34,253 nucleotides of DNA, from assembly GCA_002256025.1 (NCBI GenBank), contig NKIB01000263.1, positions 1 to 34,253 on the forward strand. Direction: 5' to 3'. Source of the stretch: Asterionella formosa. Its lineage: Eukaryota. Both the position numbers and the translations under genes were made by a program. The notes below the pieces were generated by a model. The model did no database searches, was not told the origin of the DNA, and saw only the letters and a program-made list of their open reading frames with translations. This document shows, piece by piece, positions 9,108-17,193 of the stretch; position 1 is the stretch's first letter; every line of letters begins with the position of its first letter.

Positions 9108-9950
9108 ATGGCGGAGGACAAAGAATCCCTAGAATTGCATCCCCTCGAACATGGTACGTTACCCTTCTCTAACAATTTACTTGCGATTGTGGGTTCTTGA
9201 TGGATGATATAGGAAGAAGCAAGATTGGAGCTTCACCAAGCCCAAACTGTTGAAATTGGTCGGATGGAGATTCTGCTGTAGCCTTTCGTAGAAAACCTAC
9301 GGCGTATTGGACTGCTGCAGGCCAGTCAAAGTTTCGACCTCATTGGCACTCATCACGCTGCTCTCTTGTCTCGAACAGAGTGGGTTCTTTGGGAGCATGC
9401 CGGGGGGACCAACAAGGACCCCAATAAGTGGAAAGAAAACATGAAGGAGCTTTGTGAATTCAAGACTGTGGAAGGCTTTTGGCAGTATTTCAACCACCTC
9501 CCAAGACCATCCGAGGTCTTTTTCGACGGAGAATGCAGAAAGAAGGTGGGACCGGAGGGCAAGACGATTGAGGAATACTCACTTTTCAAAAAAGGAATTG
9601 AACCAGAATGGACAGACCCAGAGAATTTGAAGGGAGGCGAATGGTTTTGTCGACAGTTTTTTGAATCAGATGTTCTGGATCTGTACTGGCAGAATTTGGT
9701 CATGGGTATTATTGGCGAAGCTATCGATGCTGGGATTGATGGGGGAAAGGATCTGTCCTATGTGAACGGAGTCAGAATCATTGACAAGGGCAAGGGCTAT
9801 CCAATGTTCAAGTTGGAGCTTTGGGCAAACACGAGAGACCCTGCCATTAAAGAGGCACTGAGAGAGAGGCTATTGGAGATTATCACCGATGGTCAACCAC
9901 CATCGAGAAAAGGGCACCCTAAGTTTGACTGGAAAGACCACAGTGCCTAA
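9108..9950 (+). CDS. eIF4E: Eukaryotic translation initiation factor 4E family protein (2 exons: 9108-9153, 9379-9950)
   Basis: Splicing gives MAEDKESLELHPLEHEWVLW, restoring the HPLxxxWxxW motif. Also TVEGFW, YSLFKKGIEPEWTDP.N..GGEW, NGVRIIDK and LELW. Confidence 0.92.
9154..9378 (+). other. GT-AG intron of eIF4E (225 bp)
   Basis: GTACGT donor and pyrimidine-rich ...CTCTCTTGTCTCGAACAG acceptor; splicing keeps the frame. Confidence 0.85.
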
Positions 9951-10144
9951 TGACTAAATTGCTCCTCAGAGCCAACAAACGATCAGCGACGGTTTGGCGC
10001 TGACAGCTGGGACATGAAGGGAAATGCTACCGCCTCCATGAGTGAGGGAACAGCTACAGTAATTAAATGAAACAAATTTGCAAAACAGAAACCTAGCTAC
10101 ACAGTTCATCCTATAATGGCATTACAGACTATCGTTAGCGAGTT

Positions 10145-13100
10145 CTACAGGGTTCTATGCGACTCCGCAATAACAGCTAGCTCATCTAGTGAGACAGGTT
10201 GCCATTTGGCTTTTTGGTCGAAGACAAACACCACGTTATTGTCGAAATACACGGGGAGTTCACCAAAGAGAAACACTTGCTTTCCATCTTTCATAGAATT
10301 AGCTCCCATGCGAGGGCAAAACTCAAACTCTCGTTCTCGTGCAAAGTCTTCCACAACCTCACGGAAGGTTGCAGCTCCTCCATCCCTTCGACTTATGACA
10401 TGCTTTCGATAGTCAATTCCATTTGATTGAAGCCTTTCGAGTTCATCTTCATTTTGATCACGATCTTCTTTCATTCGTCTTGATAAAACGACTTGATGGC
10501 CAGGCTTTGATGGACGGATTTCGTCCAGACTGACGGTAGCTTTGCCGAGCGAGGAATGAATCATGACCAAGCCAGTGTAGAATATCCGACATGATTTCTC
10601 GTCCGACCGTATGAGCCCGCAGGATCGAACCGTGGCGGAGTCTGATATTGATGGCTGCATGAGACGACCCCGCCAAGTGAAGTAAAAATCCGCGAGTGAC
10701 TCAAGCTTAACTTCCTTGTCAGATGCGAGCCACTCATGCAATGTTGTCGCCCAGTTGGCGAGCAGTTCTCCTTCTAATAAACTCAGGAACTCTTGGCTGG
10801 TCATCAGCAAATGGTCAACCAGGTCAAACGCAAAATTAATCGCAGTCCAGTCTTGTAATTTGGGATTTCGGGCGATATCCAGCTTCGATAGATACTTTGC
10901 AAGTCTTGATGTGACGTAGTTGGAAGTTAGATCCTGTAGCTTGTGCACGCTAACAATCCGTCTCCACGGTCGCAGAGTGGCCAAAGATAAAAGTAAAAAA
11001 TCTCGATCATTCAAGTTCCTTCCTTTCAGGTATGACAAAGCACTTCTCAGTTTTCGTCTCAAATCATTGGACAGCTCAAGAAACGTGGTGGGATAATCCA
11101 AATGGGGTATCCACGGGAGAATCCAACGGTCCAGTCTACCGATCAATTCTTTATTTTCTGAATCTAGTTCAGGCTTCCAGAGCGCAAGTGTTCGTATCAA
11201 CTTCGGAATCACAATCTCACGAATTATTTCAGTCTTCGCAATGTCAGTCAAGGAAATGGTTTCGTCCACGAGTTCAGACGGAAACACAACATTTGTGTCG
11301 TCATCCGAGCGTCGTCGCGTCGTCGGTGATATTATTGCTTCCAACGTTTTCAATATTGTTTCATACAAAACAACGCCACTTTCTGCATCTTGAATGGGAT
11401 TCCATTTGGTAGACTCGAATGCTGTCTTAATCTTTGGCAGCACTTGTCGAGTAAAAATGGAACGCTGTCTGTCTGCAACCATTTCATTGTCGCCAACTCC
11501 TGCACACAATTGAAGAATGGAACTTACAATCAGTTCTGCTGTTCCTGCGTCATCGTCCATTGGTTTCCATGATTCAAGTCTCGCCTGAACAAGTGGACTT
11601 AGCAAGGAAGGTAATAAGATTTCATCAAATTTCAATACGGATCGATCCTCTGGTGAAAGTATCAAAGCCAACTGTTGGACTTGTTCTGTTACCTGATCGT
11701 CGATCATGTCGTCTGTACCAGCAGTTTTTAGCGTATTTTCGATGCCATTCATGATTTCAAGTACTTTTTCCATCTTCTGTATTCTCTCTTCTGCGCCTAT
11801 TTTCTGGCGCTCAATTTCGTTCAAGTCGGCTTGAAGACTATCGAATTTTCTTTTGGCCGATTTAGCAAAGGAAGCGCTGGAATGCAATTTATTTTCATAC
11901 ATGTTGAGTAGTGTCGCGACATTATGTAGAAGTTCTTCAGCTAATGGCACGTCTTGGTTGCTTCCAAGTGCAGGGGCTCTTGCCATTGCTGCTGACGGTC
12001 CTCTCATGTCAATTATCGTGTTTTGTTTGTCAGTCTGGAGCAGTTCCGTGTATGGAACGACTTTTCGTGGACGTTTCTTCGCCCCTTGACCACGCTTCCA
12101 TGACCGTTGCTGCAAGAGCTCATCCGTACTCGGTAGAGCCGATACGTTCGCTTTTAATACAATCTCCTTTGGCTTTTCTTCTTGCGGCAATTCAGCACCC
12201 CTAATTTCCGCTTCAATCTGCTGATTTACCTTCAATTTCGTTGCCTCCTTAAAATTGCCAAAGCCCAATCCCAAATTGCTTGGTCGAACAACAACTTCAA
12301 TTGTTTTGGATATCCCACCCTTGGACTTGACTTGAACACCATCGACATTCTTTTTTGTTCGCTCGGCCCCCAGACCACCACTTCCCTTGTATCCCATTTT
12401 TGCAAGAAGCTTCATGCCAATTCCCTTGGTGTGTTTTTCCCATTTTCCGAGGTTTGGGTCTAGACGAATGGGTGGTTCCGACTTTCTGGCCCCCAGTCCC
12501 GCGAACGAGGGAGGTTCCGTATAAAATTCCTCTTGCGCGTTTGAATTAGTAGCAGTGTCAGCATGAGTATTGTTGCTATACCGATTCCGAATGTCGAGAA
12601 CGCTATCCTCTTCAAGTGCTCGTTTGGCTCGACTATCCCCTTTTCCCCGTCCTAACAGAGCAAAGAATCGATCATTGGCATCATCTTGTTGTTTTTGAAT
12701 AATGATTTGCTGCAATGCTTCTTCCTCTTTTTCTTGTTGTTTCTGTTGTTGTAAAAGACTTTTGGTTGTTTTGGAAGTTGGTAGTTCCGTGTTGTTGTTG
12801 TTTGTTGGATGTGGCAGTTGGATTGCGTCATGGTCGTCGTCGTTGTTGTTGTTGTTTGGTTGTGATGATTGAAGTTCAGTTTCATTTAATACCGACTGTT
12901 GTTTGACAAATATTGGTACTAAATTCGTAGTATTACCGGTAGTAGATGATGATGATTTGTTTGGTAGAAACGTCCCATACAATGCCCGATCTTTGCCATT
13001 ATTGTCATTCTGATTGTTATTGTCATTTTCAAAAGTTGGATATTTGAACCGTTTCTTGTTTGTCAAAACAAACATTGGTTCATCATCATCGTCATCGTCA

Positions 13101-13186
13101 TCGTCATCATTGTTGTCCTCCAGTTCATCACTGTCAATGGCTCGCTGATGATGATCCTCATCGTCAACGTCGTCATAGTCTGACAT
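10145..13186 (-). CDS. TFIP11: Tuftelin-interacting protein 11 / Ntr1-Spp382 spliceosome disassembly factor (G-patch + GCFC domain)
   Basis: G-patch WEKHTKGIGMKLLAKMGYKGSGGLG...RP..LGLG; ELLHN; WILPWIPHL; C-terminal FREVVEDFA..F.P..GKQVFLFG. Likely ATG at 13186. Confidence 0.92.
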   Translation of the reverse strand: MSDYDDVDDEDHHQRAIDSDELEDNNDDDDDDDDDEPMFVLTNKKRFKYPTFENDNNNQNDNNGKDRALYGTFLPNKSSSSTTGNTTNLVPIFVKQQSVLNETELQSSQPNNNNNDDDHDAIQLPHPTNNNNTELPTSKTTKSLLQQQKQQEKEEEALQQIIIQKQQDDANDRFFALLGRGKGDSRAKRALEEDSVLDIRNRYSNNTHADTATNSNAQEEFYTEPPSFAGLGARKSEPPIRLDPNLGKWEKHTKGIGMKLLAKMGYKGSGGLGAERTKKNVDGVQVKSKGGISKTIEVVVRPSNLGLGFGNFKEATKLKVNQQIEAEIRGAELPQEEKPKEIVLKANVSALPSTDELLQQRSWKRGQGAKKRPRKVVPYTELLQTDKQNTIIDMRGPSAAMARAPALGSNQDVPLAEELLHNVATLLNMYENKLHSSASFAKSAKRKFDSLQADLNEIERQKIGAEERIQKMEKVLEIMNGIENTLKTAGTDDMIDDQVTEQVQQLALILSPEDRSVLKFDEILLPSLLSPLVQARLESWKPMDDDAGTAELIVSSILQLCAGVGDNEMVADRQRSIFTRQVLPKIKTAFESTKWNPIQDAESGVVLYETILKTLEAIISPTTRRRSDDDTNVVFPSELVDETISLTDIAKTEIIREIVIPKLIRTLALWKPELDSENKELIGRLDRWILPWIPHLDYPTTFLELSNDLRRKLRSALSYLKGRNLNDRDFLLLSLATLRPWRRIVSVHKLQDLTSNYVTSRLAKYLSKLDIARNPKLQDWTAINFAFDLVDHLLMTSQEFLSLLEGELLANWATTLHEWLASDKEVKLESLADFYFTWRGRLMQPSISDSATVRSCGLIRSDEKSCRIFYTGLVMIHSSLGKATVSLDEIRPSKPGHQVVLSRRMKEDRDQNEDELERLQSNGIDYRKHVISRRDGGAATFREVVEDFAREREFEFCPRMGANSMKDGKQVFLFGELPVYFDNNVVFVFDQKAKWQPVSLDELAVIAESHRTL

Positions 13187-13327
13187 GGTGACGATCAAAC
13201 CTAATTATACATCGTGCAATCCCACCATTCAATACACCGGTATATTGGATGATTTACCTTTTTTCTTTATTTGCTGGTACTGGTGCCCGGTACCAGGTCA
13301 CAGTTACAGTAAGTATTGACACTATTG

Positions 13328-13359
13328 CTGGTACCTGGTACCATGGTACCAGGTACCAG
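13328..13359. repeat. Perfect 32-bp palindrome built from GGTACC units
   Basis: CTGGTACCTGGTACCATGGTACCAGGTACCAG equals its own reverse complement. Confidence 0.95.
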
Positions 13360-13615
13360 GCAGACAGACCTGTCGTATATGTCAATGTACGTCCTACATT
13401 ACATGAACAGTACCGGTACTGGTACCGGTATTACAAGATATATCTGATCATTATCTCAAGGATTGTTCTGTGCGTCTTTGTTTCCCGCCTTGCCCTTTGC
13501 TTCATCATTTCCTCACCTACATATCCATACTTCTCACAATGACGATCCGTGTTCGAGGACCGGTAGTGTCTGTCTCATCCTCCTCCTTTGCTTGTCTCTT
13601 TTTCACATGTGAACA

Positions 13616-15025
13616 ATGTTTTACTTTCTTTACTTTGTAACAAGTCTCGTCTTGTCCGCTTCCTCCTTGGAAGTATGCGAGAATGGAGTAGACATTTGTC
13701 CCACTGGCAATACATGTTGTGCGATGCCAACATCATCAAGCGCTCCTTATGATAGCAGCAACAATATTTCATATGGATGCATCTCAAGTAACATGGGCCC
13801 ACTCCATGCGACATGTTGTTTGGATGATGGAATCACTGGTTGTGCTGTCAACTACATGTGTTCGGAGAACCATACCTGTACCAGTCTTGACAATAATACT
13901 AGTGCTAGTAATAGTACTGCAGACCCACTACTGCATCAACTACCTCGGTACCAATTATGTCGTGGGACGAATCTAGATCAAGTACATGGCTTTTCTGTTG
14001 GACAACAAAATATACCTGCACCAGCAATTACCAGAATAGCCTACTATTCATCACATGGGGATATTACTGGAAACAAGATTGGCCGAGATTCAATTCAACA
14101 GGTTCTACTCGTCATTCATGGTGCCAATAGGAATGCGGATGATTACTTTTGTGCAGCATCCGCTGCTGCTGCGTCCTCTTACACGGAATCGGTTTTGATT
14201 ATTGCCCCTCGCTTCCTGACAAGTTCTGATGGACCTGTCTTTCTTCAAGAAGGAGGTGTAGCAGCACGATGGCTAGATACGGGCAGTGGCCCGTGGAGAT
14301 ATGGGGCAGAATCCATTTACCCATCGCGTATCAGTTCATTTCATGTCATTGACAATATTATGAAGGAATTGTTAAACATTACCAACTTTCCTAATTTGAA
14401 CCGTATTGTTGTTGTTGGTCACTCAAGTGGAGGGCAGTTTGTTCAAAGGTGGGCCTTACTCACATCTATATGGGATCATGAAAGAGTACGAGCTGTGGTT
14501 GCCAATCCAAGTTCGTATGCATACTTGATTCCACAACGATTCATCAATGGTCATTGGGAACTACCACCAAAAGATTCATGTCCCCAATACAATCAATGGG
14601 AGTGGGGAATGGAACCTAGCACTGATGGTAAAAATGACATGGAGGTAGCGTATAAAATTGAGGCTATGGATCACCTACACAACAACATTTCCGCTCTTGC
14701 ATGTCGGTACAATGACCGTGATGTGGTGTATTTAGTTGGAAGTCTTGATCGATGCAATGTTTCCACAGCAGGCTGGTGCAATTCTCATGGATTAGAGACT
14801 ACGTGTATGGATGAATTACAAGGGTCCAATCGGTGGGAACGAAGCTTGCACCATTTAGAGTCGCTGAAACAACTTGGAATTTTCAAGCATAAAAGAATTG
14901 TTGTTGAGGGTGTAGGACATGACCATAGTCTTATCTTTACAAGTCCCGAGGGATTGCAAGCCTTGTCGCTCCCCATCGATAGCACCGAGGTCAAAAGTGA
15001 TTCAGTACCAGTAGAGAATGAGTAG
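13616..15025 (+). CDS. Secreted alpha/beta hydrolase with N-terminal granulin-like Cys-rich domain
   Basis: Signal peptide; C..CP.GNTCC...YGC...ATCC.D...GC...Y.C...C; IHGANRNADDY, nucleophile elbow GHSSGG, VVANPSSY, YLVG..D and GVGHD. Confidence 0.82.
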   Translation: MFYFLYFVTSLVLSASSLEVCENGVDICPTGNTCCAMPTSSSAPYDSSNNISYGCISSNMGPLHATCCLDDGITGCAVNYMCSENHTCTSLDNNTSASNSTADPLLHQLPRYQLCRGTNLDQVHGFSVGQQNIPAPAITRIAYYSSHGDITGNKIGRDSIQQVLLVIHGANRNADDYFCAASAAAASSYTESVLIIAPRFLTSSDGPVFLQEGGVAARWLDTGSGPWRYGAESIYPSRISSFHVIDNIMKELLNITNFPNLNRIVVVGHSSGGQFVQRWALLTSIWDHERVRAVVANPSSYAYLIPQRFINGHWELPPKDSCPQYNQWEWGMEPSTDGKNDMEVAYKIEAMDHLHNNISALACRYNDRDVVYLVGSLDRCNVSTAGWCNSHGLETTCMDELQGSNRWERSLHHLESLKQLGIFKHKRIVVEGVGHDHSLIFTSPEGLQALSLPIDSTEVKSDSVPVENE

Positions 15026-15105
15026 ACACAACAGGGATTCATGGATTAATTGTACAATACTCTATACAATTTATGCGTCCATATTTGGCAAATCGGCACT
15101 TCCAA

Positions 15106-16722
15106 TTACAATGGCAATATTTCTATTTCAACCTTGTCCAAAAAATTGTAACTCTCGTGCACATGTCCCATTTCCATGTACACCGTCTTAATTTGAGAGT
15201 AGTCATCCATGGCCTCTGTTCCAAGTTCCCGACCATAGCCACTCATTTTGTTGGGCCCAAAAGGAAGTTCCACAGGCGTAAGATTCCAATTGTTGATCCA
15301 CACATTGCCAGCTTGTAATTGTTTCGTCAGTCGATGTGCACGTTGGAGGTTGGAGGTCATGGCACCGGCTGCCAATCCATAGGACGTGGTGTTATTGGCA
15401 CGCCAAATGGCTTCGTCTTCAGTGAGAAAGGGCAATATCACCATGACAGGTCCAAATATCTCTTCTTGCACAAGTTCCGTGTCATCTGATTCACTGACAA
15501 AAATTGTGGGCTCTACAAAATAGGCCCCATTGCGTTGATATCCATTGCCACCATACACCAGCGTCAAGCGAGCATTTGATTTGGCCCTGTCGATGTAGCC
15601 CATGACACGATCATAATGTTGTGAGAGCTGTTTTGGATGCATCATCATGGGACCAATATTTGTCGTGTCATCCATGTTATCTCCTATTACCACAACTCTT
15701 GATGTATACTCGATCAAGCGCTCCACGAATGCATCTAGCACGATATTCTCAACAAATACCCGTGTGCAGTTCGAACACACTTGACCATTGTTCACAAAAT
15801 TTCCTTCCATTGCCACTCTAACGGAGGAATCCAAATCTGCATCATCGAAAACTAGCAATGCTGATTTACCCCCCAGTTCAAGAGTAACTTTCTGAAGTAG
15901 TTTTGCCGCTTGTGTTGCAACATTGATCCCTGTCGTAACAGAACCAGTCAACGAGACTTTCGACACAAGTGGAGATTCAATAATCTGTTGGCCGACAACC
16001 CCCGGAAGCACTTGCAAAACACCAGGAGGCAGAACTTGTTTCCAAAGCTCTTGCACTAAAAGTGCAGAAAGTGGTGTACACTCACTTGGTTTGTACACCA
16101 TGGTATTCCCGCATGCCAATGCTGGAGCCAATTTGCACATCATAGACATGAATGGGTAGTTCCATGCTCCAATACCAACACAGACGCCGAGCGGTTCTCT
16201 TCGAGTCCATCCCATGGATTGTCGAGATCCCCCAGTATGTGGTGTGTCTAGGATGCGACCAGGTAATCCACCAGCCGCACAAATGGCGGCGTAGTATCGG
16301 AGTGTGGTGATGGCAAAAGAAATGTGATTGATTTGAATTTGTGTAATTGGTATGCCAGTGTCCATTGCTTCCCAATAAATCAAGTCTCGTTGATGTTTCT
16401 GTATACAATTGGCCATTTCCGTCAGTATCGCGCCCCGTTCGTTGTACGAAGTGGTGCTCCATTCTGTATCAAAGGCTCGTTTGGAAGATGCAACAGCTTG
16501 CTGAATTTGAGTTGGCGATGGTGGGATAATTTGACAAAGCTCCTTTCCATTTCTAGGTGCGACATTAGTGTAGGCCGATGCCTCTGCATTAGCAAATGTT
16601 CCATCAATCCAGGAAGTCACGCTGGATGGGATGGATGGACTACAACAACTATGAATCAGTCGATGTCCTTGGCTCCTGGCGAATGCTCTGTTACATGGAA
16701 GAATCATGAGTGCGCGCTGCAT
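15106..16722 (-). CDS. Betaine aldehyde dehydrogenase (BetB/ALDH9-like), probable organellar presequence
   Basis: RREPLGVCVGIGAWNYP, YKPSE.TPL, TGS..TG, TLELGGKS, GQVCSNCTRVFV, EEIFGPV and PFG..K.SG.GRE. The N-terminus is Arg-rich and lacks acidic residues. Confidence 0.88.
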   Translation of the reverse strand: MQRALMILPCNRAFARSQGHRLIHSCCSPSIPSSVTSWIDGTFANAEASAYTNVAPRNGKELCQIIPPSPTQIQQAVASSKRAFDTEWSTTSYNERGAILTEMANCIQKHQRDLIYWEAMDTGIPITQIQINHISFAITTLRYYAAICAAGGLPGRILDTPHTGGSRQSMGWTRREPLGVCVGIGAWNYPFMSMMCKLAPALACGNTMVYKPSECTPLSALLVQELWKQVLPPGVLQVLPGVVGQQIIESPLVSKVSLTGSVTTGINVATQAAKLLQKVTLELGGKSALLVFDDADLDSSVRVAMEGNFVNNGQVCSNCTRVFVENIVLDAFVERLIEYTSRVVVIGDNMDDTTNIGPMMMHPKQLSQHYDRVMGYIDRAKSNARLTLVYGGNGYQRNGAYFVEPTIFVSESDDTELVQEEIFGPVMVILPFLTEDEAIWRANNTTSYGLAAGAMTSNLQRAHRLTKQLQAGNVWINNWNLTPVELPFGPNKMSGYGRELGTEAMDDYSQIKTVYMEMGHVHESYNFLDKVEIEILPL

Positions 16723-17131
16723 TATTGCGCTTGCCAGTTGCGTTTTATGGAAGTGGAGGCATGGCTGATGCTTGATGGGTTGCTGGTGCAGTTAAATGGT
16801 GATCGATTTGGTGGGATCTGTTCGGCGAGCGGTGGTATTTATAGAAAGGAAGATATGTACAACTGATACAGAAAGGAGTGAAAAGGATATTATTATTAGC
16901 TGTCACAATGGCAGGTGTAGGATCCAATATAATACACCGTAAAGCAGGGAACAAACACTTTCTCCGGGAATCAGGATTCCTCGAGATTTGAAATATATAT
17001 ATCCAATATATATGCACAGTTACGGTGAATGTAGAAAGCAGAATACCGGTACCGGTACCTGGTACCTTGCTTTGATCAAATCAAATCATATTTGGTGTGC
17101 ATGTAATACCACCGTCGTCTATTGCATCATC

Positions 17132-17166
17132 CCTCTCTCTCTCTCTCACTCTCACTCTCACTCTCT
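17132..17166 (+). repeat. (CT)n/(CTCACT)n microsatellite upstream of the SART3-like gene
   Basis: Directly visible CT and CTCACT run. Confidence 0.85.
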
Positions 17167-17193
17167 TTGTCTCCTCCTATAATTAATTATACC

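Noticed and set aside
9190..9360. C/D snoRNA or TPP riboswitch in the eIF4E intron
   Set aside because: No convincing RTGATGA/CTGA box pair and no TPP aptamer consensus.
9966..10003. Hairpin in the eIF4E 3' UTR (TCAGCG/CGCTGA)
   Set aside because: A short stem within chance expectation.
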